Part shown: positions 1-10,090 of the stretch, piece by piece
Numbering within the stretch: the stretch's first letter is position 1
Layout of the letters: the number at the start of each line of letters is the position of its first letter
Source of the DNA: a virus
Lineage: Duplodnaviria; Caudoviricetes
IMG/VR virus record: IMGVR_UViG_3300047552_002926
Location: 1-50,464 of that record
DNA: 50,464 nucleotides
Reading direction: 5' to 3' (one strand)
Program-made: the position numbers and the translations under genes
Notes under the pieces: model-generated
The model's input: only the letters and a program-made list of their open reading frames with translations
The model's database searches: none
Told to the model about the DNA's origin: nothing

Positions 1-828
1 ATGCGCCCCATTCGCCGCCAATACGAAGACTTCATGCAACACGTGGACAGCCACGGTGTCGCCAAGACCGACCGCACCGGCACCGGAACCAAAAGCGTCT
101 TTGGTTACCAAATGCGTTTTGACCTGAATGAAGGCTTCCCGCTCGTGACGACCAAGAAGGTTCACTTGCGTTCAATCATTCAAGAGCTGTTGTGGTTCCT
201 CACGGGCTCTAGCAACAACAACTGGCTCAAAGAGCGCAACGTCACCATCTGGGACGAATGGGCCCGTGAAGACGGCGACCTCGGTCCAGTGTACGGCGTT
301 CAATGGCGCAGCTGGCCCACCCCTGACGGCGGCCATATTGACCAAATTCAACAAGTCATCGACACACTCAAAAGCAACCCTGACAGCCGTCGCATCATCG
401 TGAGCGCTTGGAACGTTGCTGAGCTTGACAAGATGGCGCTCATGCCTTGCCACGCGTTCTTTCAGTTCTATGTTGCGCCTGCGCAAAACCCAGGCGAAAA
501 AGCCAAGCTCAGCTGCCAGCTGTACCAGCGCAGTGCCGACATCTTCTTGGGCGTGCCCTTCAACATTGCCAGCTACGCCCTGCTCACCCACATGGTGGCC
601 CAACAGTGCGACCTCGATGTGGGCGACTTCATCTGGACCGGTGGCGATTGCCACATCTACAGCAACCACCACGAACAAGTGGCGTTGCAATTGAGCCGTG
701 AACCGTTTGCCTACCCCACGCTTCACATCAAACGCAAACCCGATTCCATCTTCGACTACCAGTTTGAAGATTTCGAGGTGCTGGACTACCAATGCCACGG
801 TGCGATCAAAGCCCCAGTGGCGGTCTGA
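1..828 (+). CDS. thyA: Thymidylate synthase (host)
   Basis: [28 protein letters not shown] (catalytic Cys), [18 protein letters not shown] motifs. Confidence 0.98.
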   Translation: MRPIRRQYEDFMQHVDSHGVAKTDRTGTGTKSVFGYQMRFDLNEGFPLVTTKKVHLRSIIQELLWFLTGSSNNNWLKERNVTIWDEWAREDGDLGPVYGVQWRSWPTPDGGHIDQIQQVIDTLKSNPDSRRIIVSAWNVAELDKMALMPCHAFFQFYVAPAQNPGEKAKLSCQLYQRSADIFLGVPFNIASYALLTHMVAQQCDLDVGDFIWTGGDCHIYSNHHEQVALQLSREPFAYPTLHIKRKPDSIFDYQFEDFEVLDYQCHGAIKAPVAV

Positions 829-844
829 ATAAGGTCGTTCAAGC

Positions 845-1333
845 ATGGCTTTGAATTTGATTTTTGCGCGCGCGCGCAACGGCGTCATTGGCAAAGACAA
901 CACCTTACCTTGGCACTTGCCCGAGGACTTGGCGCATTTCAAGCAAACCACCCTTGGCCAGCCCGTGGTGATGGGCCGCAAAACATGGGAATCACTCCCG
1001 CCTAAATTTCGCCCGCTGCCTGGTCGCACCAACATCGTCGTGACGCGTCAGTCTGATTGGCGGGCCGAAGGCGCTGTGGTTGCACATTCCATTGAAGAAG
1101 CCATGCAACACTGCCCTGTAGATGCGCAGGTGTGGGTCATCGGTGGCGCAGAGGTGTACGCCCAAGCCATGCCTTTGGCATCGCGCGCTGTCGTCACAGA
1201 AATTGATGCAGACTTTGAAGGCGACGCCTTCGCCCCCACCTTCGATGGCAGCTGGCAAGAAACCGCACGCACCACACACGTGGCTGCAAATGGTTTGACT
1301 TACAGCCTAGTCACTCTCACTCACACACGTTAA
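845..1333 (+). CDS. folA: Dihydrofolate reductase (host)
   Basis: NGVIG..LPWHLPEDLAHFK, VVMGRKTWESL, RPLPGRTNIVVT, WVIGGAEVY motifs; follows thyA. Confidence 0.97.
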   Translation: MALNLIFARARNGVIGKDNTLPWHLPEDLAHFKQTTLGQPVVMGRKTWESLPPKFRPLPGRTNIVVTRQSDWRAEGAVVAHSIEEAMQHCPVDAQVWVIGGAEVYAQAMPLASRAVVTEIDADFEGDAFAPTFDGSWQETARTTHVAANGLTYSLVTLTHTR

Positions 1334-1347
1334 GCAGGAGCTTTTGA

Positions 1348-1923
1348 ATGTCTGAACACGGTTTTCACGTGCACGGTCCACACGACCACGAACTGGAACA
1401 CGCAGCCGCTGGCCACGGCAATAGCTTTACCAACAAGATCGCCATGTTCACTGCCATCATCGCCACGGTGGGCGCCATCTTTGGCTACATGGGCGGCGCC
1501 ACACAAGCTGCCGCAGGTTTGTACAAAAACGATGCGGCCATCAAAAAGACCGAAGCCTCCAACCAGTGGAACTATTTCCAAGCCAAAAGCAGCAAACAAA
1601 ACTTGATGGAACTGGCTTTGGAGTTGGCGCCTGCCAGCAAAGCTGACTATTACAAAGGCCAGATCGAGCGCTACAAAACTGAGAAAGCCGAGATCAAAGC
1701 TGTCGCAGAAAAGCTCGAAGCGCAGTCCAAAGAGTTCGACGAGATGTCTGAAGCGCAAATGCATCAGCACCACCGCTGGGCACAAGCCACCACTGTGTTG
1801 CAAGTGGCCATCGCCCTCGCCGCCATCGCGTTGCTGACCCGCAAAATGTGGGTGGAATACGCCATGTTTGGCACAGGCGCACTCGGCATTGCCGTGGGCA
1901 TCATGGCCGCGCTTCACCTCTAA
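1348..1923 (+). CDS. DUF4337-like membrane protein (host)
   Basis: His-rich N-terminus (HGFHVHGPHDHE), TM helix, ASNQWNYFQAKS motif, two C-terminal TM helices. Confidence 0.75.
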   Translation: MSEHGFHVHGPHDHELEHAAAGHGNSFTNKIAMFTAIIATVGAIFGYMGGATQAAAGLYKNDAAIKKTEASNQWNYFQAKSSKQNLMELALELAPASKADYYKGQIERYKTEKAEIKAVAEKLEAQSKEFDEMSEAQMHQHHRWAQATTVLQVAIALAAIALLTRKMWVEYAMFGTGALGIAVGIMAALHL

Positions 1924-1934
1924 AGAACACACAC

Positions 1935-2012
1935 ATGCAACTCGCCACTTGCAATATAAAGCGCTGTTTCAGGTTGTCTCACAGTGCATCAAGAAACAAC
2001 CCAAGCCGTTGA
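1935..2012 (+). pseudogene. Probable 5' stub of a host gene interrupted by prophage integration (xth/ExoIII-like start); candidate attL
   Basis: Reads MQLATCNIKR..., resembling the ExoIII N-terminus M[KQ][IL]ATWNVN; starts 11 bp after the DUF4337 stop and ends after 25 codons. Confidence 0.45.
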
Positions 2013-2071
2013 TTTATCAGTACATTTAAGCTCATGCCGTTTCTTACTGTCTCAGCATATCTCACCACTTT

Positions 2072-2110
2072 TGGGTAGCTAGGTGGGTAGCTAGATCGCC
2101 TAGCTACCCA
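2072..2110. repeat. Putative integrase arm-type binding sites
   Basis: TGGGTAGCTAG at 2072-2082 and 2084-2094, plus the inverted copy CTAGCTACCCA at 2100-2110, directly upstream of int. Confidence 0.7.
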
Positions 2111-2121
2111 AAGAGGAAACA

Positions 2122-3414
2122 ATGCCACGAATAATCCATGCACTTTCTGATTTACAAATAAAGCGATGGATGTCTAAAGGTGAACCAGTGGCTAAATCCG
2201 ATGGGGATGGCCTAACGTTCACTCTATCAGGTGCAGGGACTGCCGCTTGGGTACTCCGTTACCGAAACATGGGCGGCAAGCGGCAAGAGGTCACCATTGG
2301 CAACTATCCCGATGTGTCACTGTCATCTGCGCGTGAAAAGTCACGCGCAATGCGAGCCAAGATTGACGCAGGCTCTGATCTGGCAGCAGACAAGCGCCAA
2401 TCCCGCGCTCGGTCAGCAGAGGCATGGACTGTCAATGAGCTACTGGAAGACTACCGAGACAAGGTGCTTACCGCTGGCAACTACGCAAAAGACACCATCC
2501 GATATCGAAACGATGACTTCAATCAGGTGATATTGCCATTTTTCCGCGCATGGGAAGTTCGAGCCGTTACCTCGATTGACGTGGTGCATATGCTGAAAAA
2601 AGCAAAGCGCACATGGACGGTCTCAAAGCGAGTTCTTACCTCAACGTCTAAATTAATGGATCACGCCCAAGGTTTGACGATCATTGCCGCCAACCCGTGC
2701 ACAGGAATCAAACTCAGCTCTATTTTTGGTAAAAGACCCCCCATCAAGAAGCGCCTCATGCTCGATGTGGCAGAGCTTCAAAGAATGTTACCTACCATCG
2801 ACGAGAGCATTGGGCGTGACAACGGACTAGCGTTCCGAATTCTTCTGTCTACCTGCGTTCGTGGCATTGAGCTGGTCAAAGCAAAGAAAGAGCACATTGA
2901 TCTTGAAAGCGGCTCTTGGTGGGTACCGGATGAAGACGTTAAAACCCGCAGTGGGTTTCTTGTCCCTCTATCACCCGCAGTTTTAGGGTGGTTCAAAGAG
3001 CTTATATCGGTGGCAGGAGATTCGACTTATGTGCTTCCGGCAAGGCGAGCGGACGTGATTAGGCGAAACGGCGGTGACATGCACGTTGGTCGGACAACGC
3101 TTTGGGCTGCATTTGCTCGAGCCTTCAAGCGTGGCGATTTAGATATCAGGAAGTTCACACCCCACGACACGCGCTCAACAGCGAAAGGCCACTTGAGAAA
3201 TTTAGGGTTTTCACGCGAGATTAGCGAGGTGGCGCTGAACCATTCACTCAAGGGAATGGAGGCCATCTATGACGTGCGCGAGGAAATACCAGAGCGAAGA
3301 ACTGCAATGTCCGCATGGTCTGATTTTGTTGTCTATTGCGAAACTGGAGAGACACCAAAACAACCCACCAATGTAGTGGTGATGCGTCCGCTAAATTCCT
3401 CAAGTCAGCATTAA
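2122..3414 (+). CDS. int: Tyrosine integrase with arm-binding domain (P4-like/DUF4102)
   Basis: N-terminal DGDGL..W.LRY..IGNYPDVSL arm domain; catalytic R (TCVRGIE), HDTR, LNH and IY. Confidence 0.95.
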   Translation: MPRIIHALSDLQIKRWMSKGEPVAKSDGDGLTFTLSGAGTAAWVLRYRNMGGKRQEVTIGNYPDVSLSSAREKSRAMRAKIDAGSDLAADKRQSRARSAEAWTVNELLEDYRDKVLTAGNYAKDTIRYRNDDFNQVILPFFRAWEVRAVTSIDVVHMLKKAKRTWTVSKRVLTSTSKLMDHAQGLTIIAANPCTGIKLSSIFGKRPPIKKRLMLDVAELQRMLPTIDESIGRDNGLAFRILLSTCVRGIELVKAKKEHIDLESGSWWVPDEDVKTRSGFLVPLSPAVLGWFKELISVAGDSTYVLPARRADVIRRNGGDMHVGRTTLWAAFARAFKRGDLDIRKFTPHDTRSTAKGHLRNLGFSREISEVALNHSLKGMEAIYDVREEIPERRTAMSAWSDFVVYCETGETPKQPTNVVVMRPLNSSSQH

Positions 3415-3515
3415 GCCTAGATAAAAGCTGGAAATGACTACCGATAACTAGGAGCAACATCGTAAAAATTTAACCCTATTTCGACAAACTAAGACTCAAT
3501 TCTTAGAAAGTCAAA

Positions 3516-3878
3516 ATGAAAAAAATTGCTCTAGCACTAGTGTTAATCGCTGCATCTCAGTCAAACGTAATCGCTAATGACGTATCAAGCAGACCGAGTA
3601 TCTGGGCGTCACCAGCATGTGAGACAGGGTGTAGTTTTCTTTCCAGCTCTGGTAGCGCTAAAACAATATTCGCAGGTGATACTTCAAAGCACTACAAACT
3701 ATGCAGGGCAAATAGCCCATATGGGTCTGGCTCAACTCATATACAGATCAATGCCTCTAGCATCGTAGAGATTCCAGATACCAGCTCTAATGGTCGAGGA
3801 TGTATTGATGTTGCTGCGCGACTTATCACGTACTCGGGAAGTGCAGACCTTCTAGTTGGCATCATTCCAAACAACTAA
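3516..3878 (+). CDS. Secreted Cys-containing hypothetical protein (moron)
   Basis: Signal peptide MKKIALALVLIAAS; four Cys; AT-rich flank; followed by a terminator. Confidence 0.6.
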   Translation: MKKIALALVLIAASQSNVIANDVSSRPSIWASPACETGCSFLSSSGSAKTIFAGDTSKHYKLCRANSPYGSGSTHIQINASSIVEIPDTSSNGRGCIDVAARLITYSGSADLLVGIIPNN

Positions 3879-3885
3879 CAAACGC

Positions 3886-3920
3886 AAAAAAGCCCCTCCC
3901 CAATTAAGGAGAGGGGCGTA
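3886..3920. terminator. Intrinsic terminator between convergent units
   Basis: AAAAAA-GCCCCTCCCC-AATTAA-GGAGAGGGGC hairpin; U-tail on the minus strand. Confidence 0.65.
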
Positions 3921-4138
3921 CTGGTTGACCAGCGTTATCGAGCAATTAGCATAACCACGATACAAAGTAACGCTTTTAAATGCGAGAGCTTGAAGCGCAA
4001 AAGCAGATTTTTAAGCATTAGCAACCTAAACTAGCCCCGCCTCTAGAGGTGGGCAGGGCCTTGTTTTTGATCGGAGCTAGTGTTCGATTGAAGGGTTGGT
4101 CTGACTGTTAGCGCGGTCAGGCCATCGCCTTGTTCTTT

Positions 4139-5572
4139 TTATGCGACAGACTCCAGCGTCAAGAGTCGAGCCGCCATGTCTTTATTCTGCTGCGACAACT
4201 GCTGAACCGCCTTAATTAGCGGCGCGATCAATTCGTCATATCCAATCGACAGCACATCTTCCCCACCCTCAATCTTGTGGTCTTGGTAGCCGCCAAAATC
4301 AATCCCAAGCAGATCAATCGTTGACTTCACCTCCTGAGCAATCAGGCCGTGGTGGTAACGGTTGCGTTTTTTCGTTCCGTCGCGCGTCAAGTTTTCAGGC
4401 TTGACAGCAATCAGCCACGCATCCATCAAAACCTTGTGGTCAGCCCATGCCAATTCGTAGGCTGCTAAGTCTTTAGCATAGGTTGGCGACTGTTCGTCTG
4501 TAGGGCGTTCAATGATTGGTTGCGCTGGTACTTCTGGTTTGTAGAACTCACGCATGTCCCATCGGTAGTCAACGGGACGAAGCGCCTCAATAAATTCAAG
4601 GCCGATCGTTGAATCACGAACGTCAGTTTTGTCGCGTAAGTCTGATCTGTTTTGAACCGTGCCATAGACATAGGTTGTTGTTGCGCTGTCTCCTAGCTGG
4701 ACTTGGTTTGACCCAGTTACTTGACTATATGCACCAAAGCCAGAGACGTTTGAGTAGGTAACGTTACCGCGAAGCGCGTATGAACCACTAGCAGTGTTGT
4801 AGCTGCCTGTATCGTTATCTGCAAGCGCGTTGTAACCATTAGCAGTGTTGCCGCCACCTGAGCTGTTGCTGTAAAGCGCGTTGTAACCATTGGCAGTGTT
4901 GCCGCCACCCGAGTTAACGTAAAGCGCGTAGTAACCATTAGCAGTGTTGTAGCTGCCTGTATTGTTATATGCAAGCGCCCAAGAGCCATTAGCAGTGTTG
5001 TAGCTGCCTGTGCTGTTAACGTAAAGCGCGTAGTAACCATTGGCAGTGTTGTGGCTGCCTGTAGTGTTAACTGCAAGCGCGTAGCAACCATTAGCGGTGT
5101 TGCAGATGCCTGTATCGTTTTCGCGAAGCGCGTAGTAACCATTAGCAGTGTTGTAGCTGCCTGTGCTGTTAACTGCAAGCGCGTTGTAACCATTAGCGGT
5201 GTTGAGTCTACCTGTGCTGTTTAGGTAAAGCGCGGAGGTGCCATTAGCGGTATTGCTTGCGATATTCCCGTTACCGCTGCCTGTTGTCACAGCAGTTGTA
5301 GCGGTTGTAGCGGTCGCAGCATTACCGCCAATGCTCAAACCACTCAACATCATCACCTCAACATCGGCTCCAAGTGCGTTCCGCTGATAGAGTCGCGCTG
5401 ACAAATTAGTTGTTCCAGTAACCGACCAACGAAGCATCCCTGCAACCAAGTTGCTCATTCCTGTGTAATCACCCTTCCACAATCGAGTGATATGGCCTCG
5501 CAAGGTTTGCATCACCTCCGTCGAATAGTTACTGGTTCCATCTGGCTTGTTTAGATCGTTTAAATCTGACAT
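4139..5572 (-). CDS. Tail fibre/spike with 17-aa beta-solenoid repeats and a C-terminal peptidase S74 intramolecular chaperone
   Basis: NTANGxxAL repeats; SDLRDK..GLEFIEALRPVDY..HGLIAQEV..YDELIAPLIKAVQQL is the typical S74 pattern; last gene of the tail operon. Confidence 0.88.
   Translation of the reverse strand: MSDLNDLNKPDGTSNYSTEVMQTLRGHITRLWKGDYTGMSNLVAGMLRWSVTGTTNLSARLYQRNALGADVEVMMLSGLSIGGNAATATTATTAVTTGSGNGNIASNTANGTSALYLNSTGRLNTANGYNALAVNSTGSYNTANGYYALRENDTGICNTANGCYALAVNTTGSHNTANGYYALYVNSTGSYNTANGSWALAYNNTGSYNTANGYYALYVNSGGGNTANGYNALYSNSSGGGNTANGYNALADNDTGSYNTASGSYALRGNVTYSNVSGFGAYSQVTGSNQVQLGDSATTTYVYGTVQNRSDLRDKTDVRDSTIGLEFIEALRPVDYRWDMREFYKPEVPAQPIIERPTDEQSPTYAKDLAAYELAWADHKVLMDAWLIAVKPENLTRDGTKKRNRYHHGLIAQEVKSTIDLLGIDFGGYQDHKIEGGEDVLSIGYDELIAPLIKAVQQLSQQNKDMAARLLTLESVA
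4748..5254 (-). repeat. Coding tandem repeat: nine 51-bp units and one 48-bp unit
   Basis: Ten units; typical unit AAC ACY GCY AAT GGY NNN NNN GCG CTT ... on the coding strand (the first and last units diverge slightly). Confidence 0.92.
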
Positions 5573-5655
5573 TCAATTCCCCAAAAAAGAAAACCCGCAC
5601 GAAGCGGGAATAAAAAAACCACCCAAAGGTGGTTTGTGTGTGGTTTTAGAAGTGT

Positions 5656-8600
5656 TTAGTAGCCGCCAATTTGCAGACTCACAGAGCCACTGCAACGGTT
5701 GTTTGACGAGTCCCACGCCTGAACATAGACCCTGCTCACGCTTGTTGAGTCATCAATGATCACGTTGATTTTTGCGATTGATGGCGAGTTGTTTGCTGTA
5801 GCAATGGCACTCACAATGTCTAGGAACGACTTGTTACATGTGTAGAGCGTTCCAGATGCATCAGAGGCATTGAGTACAAGGCTTCCGTACTCTGCTTTTT
5901 CTTCGCTGCTCACGACAACGTGCGGTGGACTGAGTTTGATCAAATCATCACCACCAGAAGATGTGATCGAGTAGGTAACTCGCACATATCGGCACTTAGT
6001 TGCTTGTAGGTCTGTTGAACCAGCCGCTCCAGCTATCCATGCGGATGTTGTTGCATCGCGCCATTCAATCAATACAGTAGGTAAAACAGAGCCAGCTAAG
6101 GTAATGCTTTGCACGGTGACGGTAATCTTCACGCTCGGCAAAATCTTGCCAACGTCATGCTCTTCAACATAGCTGCCAGTTGCCAACGATGGTTCAAAGA
6201 CCAGCGGGTAACCAGCGCTCACTTGGTCATTGATCGTTGACCATCCACGCGTAGAGAAGTGATCTGCCCATGTCTCGGTTGTATTGACTGGCATGAACAA
6301 ATATCCGCCATCAACATACGCATTTGTTCTAGTGCCCGTCCAGTTTTCATCCCACTCGCTAGAGATAACAAAGTTAGATGGAAGAGCAACGTTAACGTCA
6401 ATTGACGATGGCTCCGACAGATTACCCGCTACATCTTCGGCGACTAAGTAGATGCGCTTTTTGCCAGCACTTCTAAAAATCACTACATCACTGCGAGAAT
6501 CCGAACCAGCCTTGCCGTACAAGGTGCAAGCAGACAGCGCATCGCCAGCATTTCCCGTGTAGATCGAGTACGACTTGATCGGCTGCGACGATTTAGCATC
6601 ACCCCAACCTAGAGCAACGGTATTCACTTGCACATCGGTTCGAGTGAATTGCACCTGATTTGGGTTTGCAATGACGATTGAAGTACCAACAGCATTGACA
6701 CTCTGGTTTCCAGTTGTATCAAAGTGCTTCGCCCAAATCTGCAAAGTGCCAACAGATTGCCAGCCAAGCAGGTGTGACGTTGCAGACTTGCGAAGCACCT
6801 CAACGCCAGCAGCCCATGAAGTACCAATGCGAACGGATGTTTCGCTGTAGTCAATATCAAAACATTGACTCCAAGTAGCCCTGACCCCATTGCTCTCAAC
6901 AGAAATGGCCAGCGCTTGCACATCGGATGGCGGCTGCGAAAGACCAACTATCGAATATGAAACACGCGCAGTTGCTCCCGCTTGACCCACTGAGTTCTTT
7001 GGCCGAACTTCAACATTCCAAGACTCACCAAGGCCACCAACCCACTTGAATGACTGAACTGTTGACACGCCTAATTTATGAAGTGATGAGCCATTAACAC
7101 CACCCCAAATTTCAGCCTCTGCAAATGCACCTGTGACCTCATAACTCAAATTCAAGTCAACGTAAAAGGTATTTCCCTGTCGATTTAACTGCTCAGTTAC
7201 GACTGCGGACGCTGCCGCAGGGACAACGGATAGAAGGCTTCTATTTGGCGGGGCGGTGTAGGCCCCTGTCAAAACGTAAGGCCAAAACTCATCGGGCAGC
7301 GGAGCAACTGTTACTTTTGCACCACCTTGGTTGTCCGATGGCTCAATCTTTGTGACGACAACCTTTTGACCTGGGGTCGACTTGAAGTCATAAATCCAAA
7401 CGGTATCCATCGTCGGCAAAGACACGCCACTAGGCCAAGCGCCTGAAAGCGTAACGCTGCGACCTGTTGAATCTACAGATGAAACTGTGAAGATTCGATA
7501 CTGTGTCTCACCAGCCAATCGAAGGCCGATGTACTTAGAGCCTGAACTTGTAGGTACCAGATCATCAAGACCAAGCGTAATTACGCCAGCATTGCTAACT
7601 GCACTTTGGATTCGACCGCTGTAGCCCCATTGCGTCATATCGTGCGACAGGGCTAAAACAGTCCCGCGCTTGTAGGTCATGTACTCCAAGTCTTGCTCAA
7701 ACGTGATGGCTTTTGCCATGTAGACGTTTTGCGCCATTGCATAACGAGCAAGTAATGCGGCCTGTGCTTGGGTAGTGATACCCAAATTACTCAGACGCGC
7801 CGTGTTGTTTGGCATCGTCACGTTTGGACTCAAGACGCGAAGGCTGTTCCACTGGTTATTTGACGATCTGTCAAAGTATCCGTACTCAATTTCATCGGCT
7901 CGGTCAGTGGTCGAATAAGCCACGCTGAAAGACTTAGCCTTTATGTTGCCCATGTTGATCACGCCCTCTATCGGGGCGGTATCGGACAGCCATTGAACAC
8001 CGAACTTACCTGCGCTCCAGCTAATCGTACCCATGCCAGCATAAGCAATGGCAGAAAAAAGATCATCATGGCTAATGGTCGTTTGAATGATTGCGTCAAA
8101 TGTGAGCGACTTAGCGGCGCACCAAACAGAGAACGCCTTGATCGATTCAATATCGATTCGAGAATCAGCCCATCCAAGGCCAGCGATTAGCTTTCCGTTT
8201 TCATCATAGATACCACGGGCAAGCTGCAATATTTGGGTAGCAGGGTTACTTAGGCCGTTTGTACGATTTGTTGCAGTGACCCAAGCAGAGCCATTCCAGT
8301 AGGGCGCTGGTCTAGCCGTAGCAATCCAATTGAGCTGATCTAGCGCACCCGAAAGCTGTCCGCTTGCTTTGATGGTGAGCGCCACCAATGATTGGCCGGG
8401 GTAAGTGGCGAGGTCAGGCTGGAACGACTTGAGCTGCGTCCACGTGACCACATTGGATGCCGTGGTGGATGTTTCGTTTTTGGTGATCTTGCGCAGGCGC
8501 ACGTCATACTGGCCCTTGGCCACATCCATGGTGATGCCGATGCGCAGCGGCTTGGTGCTGGCATTTAAATATCCGGGCTTGCCACTTGCATAAAGAATTG

Positions 8601-9684
8601 GCCGCCACGAATAAACGGGAACTTCTACATATTGAATGAGGCCTTCACCCGTTTCGCGCGGCTCAAGCGCAGTTCCGCTTTGGTATTTCTCTTGGTAAGT
8701 CGCCCCCGTGGGCACACCCAGCCACACACCCGAGCCAGCCACGGCGTACTCCACCTCTAAATCAACAGTGCGTGACTCATAAGCACCCGAGCTTGAGTTG
8801 ACAGAAAAAAGCGACATCTCAAGGTCAATACCAATTTTGGTGGTGTCTGTACTGGTGGTGCGCACCACCCATGTGCCAGTGCCTGTGGGCGCATCGAGCA
8901 AAGCACCCGAAATGGTGTCCACACTGTTGGCGGGCAAGTCGGATGGCCATGATGTTTCTGGCAGGCCCTTGGCGCGAACAGTCACGCCCTCATAGGCACT
9001 GAGCAGGGTTTGGCCAATGCGCAGGGTGTCCACTTTTTGCAGGTTGATGCCGCCGTGGAAAACTTGGGTGAGGTATTGGTCTTCGCCGCTGTAGTAGCTC
9101 CAAGGCTGGCCGGCCAAATCTGGCACGACATAGGGCTGACCAAGCACCAAGCTCATGGGTTCCCACAGGCGTGAGCTATTTCGGCCACCGCTGAGGCTGT
9201 AAGTGGGCTGAGCATCATTGCTGGCCGCCTGCATCATTGCGGGCAGGCTTGGCGGCAAAACGCTGTTGATGACCATCGTCCCAGCAACAACGATGGCATA
9301 CGACCAAGCGGCAGCGCTTCCACCATAGGCTGCCGCAGCACTAGCACCCGCAGGTCCAGCAAAATAAATCAAGGCAATGGTGGCCGCAATGCGCAGCGTG
9401 TTGTTGTCATGCACCGCCCGACGGCACTCAATCACCACCCCATGCTTGACGCGCGTGCGCCCCCACATCAAAGCGGGGACTTGCAAACCGCCAAGTTCGA
9501 CAATCCATCCAGCATCAACACCTTGGCGATCAAGAATCGCAGACAAGTACTCACCGTCTTCAAGCAGCAAGGCAAAGCTCGTCTGCCCCTGAGTTGTCAT
9601 TGGATGAGGCGTAACGACAATACGCGCATCTTTTGCGGAAACCATGCGCGGCTCAACGTCTGTGACGCAATCAATCATTTCCAT
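5656..9684 (-). CDS. Tail tip / host-specificity protein (TipJ-like)
   Basis: 1342 aa; YDVRLRKIT and SNPA motifs, FN3-like C-terminal repeats; follows the NlpC gene. Confidence 0.85.
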   Translation of the reverse strand: MEMIDCVTDVEPRMVSAKDARIVVTPHPMTTQGQTSFALLLEDGEYLSAILDRQGVDAGWIVELGGLQVPALMWGRTRVKHGVVIECRRAVHDNNTLRIAATIALIYFAGPAGASAAAAYGGSAAAWSYAIVVAGTMVINSVLPPSLPAMMQAASNDAQPTYSLSGGRNSSRLWEPMSLVLGQPYVVPDLAGQPWSYYSGEDQYLTQVFHGGINLQKVDTLRIGQTLLSAYEGVTVRAKGLPETSWPSDLPANSVDTISGALLDAPTGTGTWVVRTTSTDTTKIGIDLEMSLFSVNSSSGAYESRTVDLEVEYAVAGSGVWLGVPTGATYQEKYQSGTALEPRETGEGLIQYVEVPVYSWRPILYASGKPGYLNASTKPLRIGITMDVAKGQYDVRLRKITKNETSTTASNVVTWTQLKSFQPDLATYPGQSLVALTIKASGQLSGALDQLNWIATARPAPYWNGSAWVTATNRTNGLSNPATQILQLARGIYDENGKLIAGLGWADSRIDIESIKAFSVWCAAKSLTFDAIIQTTISHDDLFSAIAYAGMGTISWSAGKFGVQWLSDTAPIEGVINMGNIKAKSFSVAYSTTDRADEIEYGYFDRSSNNQWNSLRVLSPNVTMPNNTARLSNLGITTQAQAALLARYAMAQNVYMAKAITFEQDLEYMTYKRGTVLALSHDMTQWGYSGRIQSAVSNAGVITLGLDDLVPTSSGSKYIGLRLAGETQYRIFTVSSVDSTGRSVTLSGAWPSGVSLPTMDTVWIYDFKSTPGQKVVVTKIEPSDNQGGAKVTVAPLPDEFWPYVLTGAYTAPPNRSLLSVVPAAASAVVTEQLNRQGNTFYVDLNLSYEVTGAFAEAEIWGGVNGSSLHKLGVSTVQSFKWVGGLGESWNVEVRPKNSVGQAGATARVSYSIVGLSQPPSDVQALAISVESNGVRATWSQCFDIDYSETSVRIGTSWAAGVEVLRKSATSHLLGWQSVGTLQIWAKHFDTTGNQSVNAVGTSIVIANPNQVQFTRTDVQVNTVALGWGDAKSSQPIKSYSIYTGNAGDALSACTLYGKAGSDSRSDVVIFRSAGKKRIYLVAEDVAGNLSEPSSIDVNVALPSNFVISSEWDENWTGTRTNAYVDGGYLFMPVNTTETWADHFSTRGWSTINDQVSAGYPLVFEPSLATGSYVEEHDVGKILPSVKITVTVQSITLAGSVLPTVLIEWRDATTSAWIAGAAGSTDLQATKCRYVRVTYSITSSGGDDLIKLSPPHVVVSSEEKAEYGSLVLNASDASGTLYTCNKSFLDIVSAIATANNSPSIAKINVIIDDSTSVSRVYVQAWDSSNNRCSGSVSLQIGGY

Positions 9685-10088
9685 TGGTAATAGCCTTCTA
9701 TCCGCTGACCTTGGCCAGCAATATCTCTGAGTCTGTTTAAAGAAGCGCCAACGAGTCGTTGGTTATGGAGTACCCACCACTCCCCTGCGTTATCAAAAGT
9801 CGTTCCTATGTGCCACACAGCGCCGCTAACTGTCAAAACTACGCCACCATGAACAGGGGCTTCTATTCGGTAGGCAAGTTCACCGGTTGCGGCATTGATT
9901 TGTGATGCTTGCCCTGCCCTGCCCCGCATGTGTCTGTCAAACCGAGTGGGTAGGGATAAGACCCGTCCGAATACCTCGCGCTGGACAAGTAGGCAGAAGT
10001 GGGCGCAATCAAACTCGCCTTCGATGTAGTCCATGCCAACGTACCGCTGTGCCGCCAAAAAATCGGCAGCGTGATCTCTGTTTGGCAT
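9675..10088 (-). CDS. NlpC/P60-like tail assembly protein
   Basis: YVGMDY..FDCAHF..HIG..WVLH motifs; position in the tail tip cluster. Confidence 0.8.
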   Translation of the reverse strand: MPNRDHAADFLAAQRYVGMDYIEGEFDCAHFCLLVQREVFGRVLSLPTRFDRHMRGRAGQASQINAATGELAYRIEAPVHGGVVLTVSGAVWHIGTTFDNAGEWWVLHNQRLVGASLNRLRDIAGQGQRIEGYYQWK

Positions 10089-10090
10089 GG

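Noticed and set aside
172-1932. Long minus-strand ORFs over thyA, folA and the DUF4337 gene
   Set aside because: Antisense shadows of GC-rich host genes with no recognisable motifs
4748-5254. CRISPR-like array
   Set aside because: The units are in-frame coding repeats without unique spacers, and there are no cas genes
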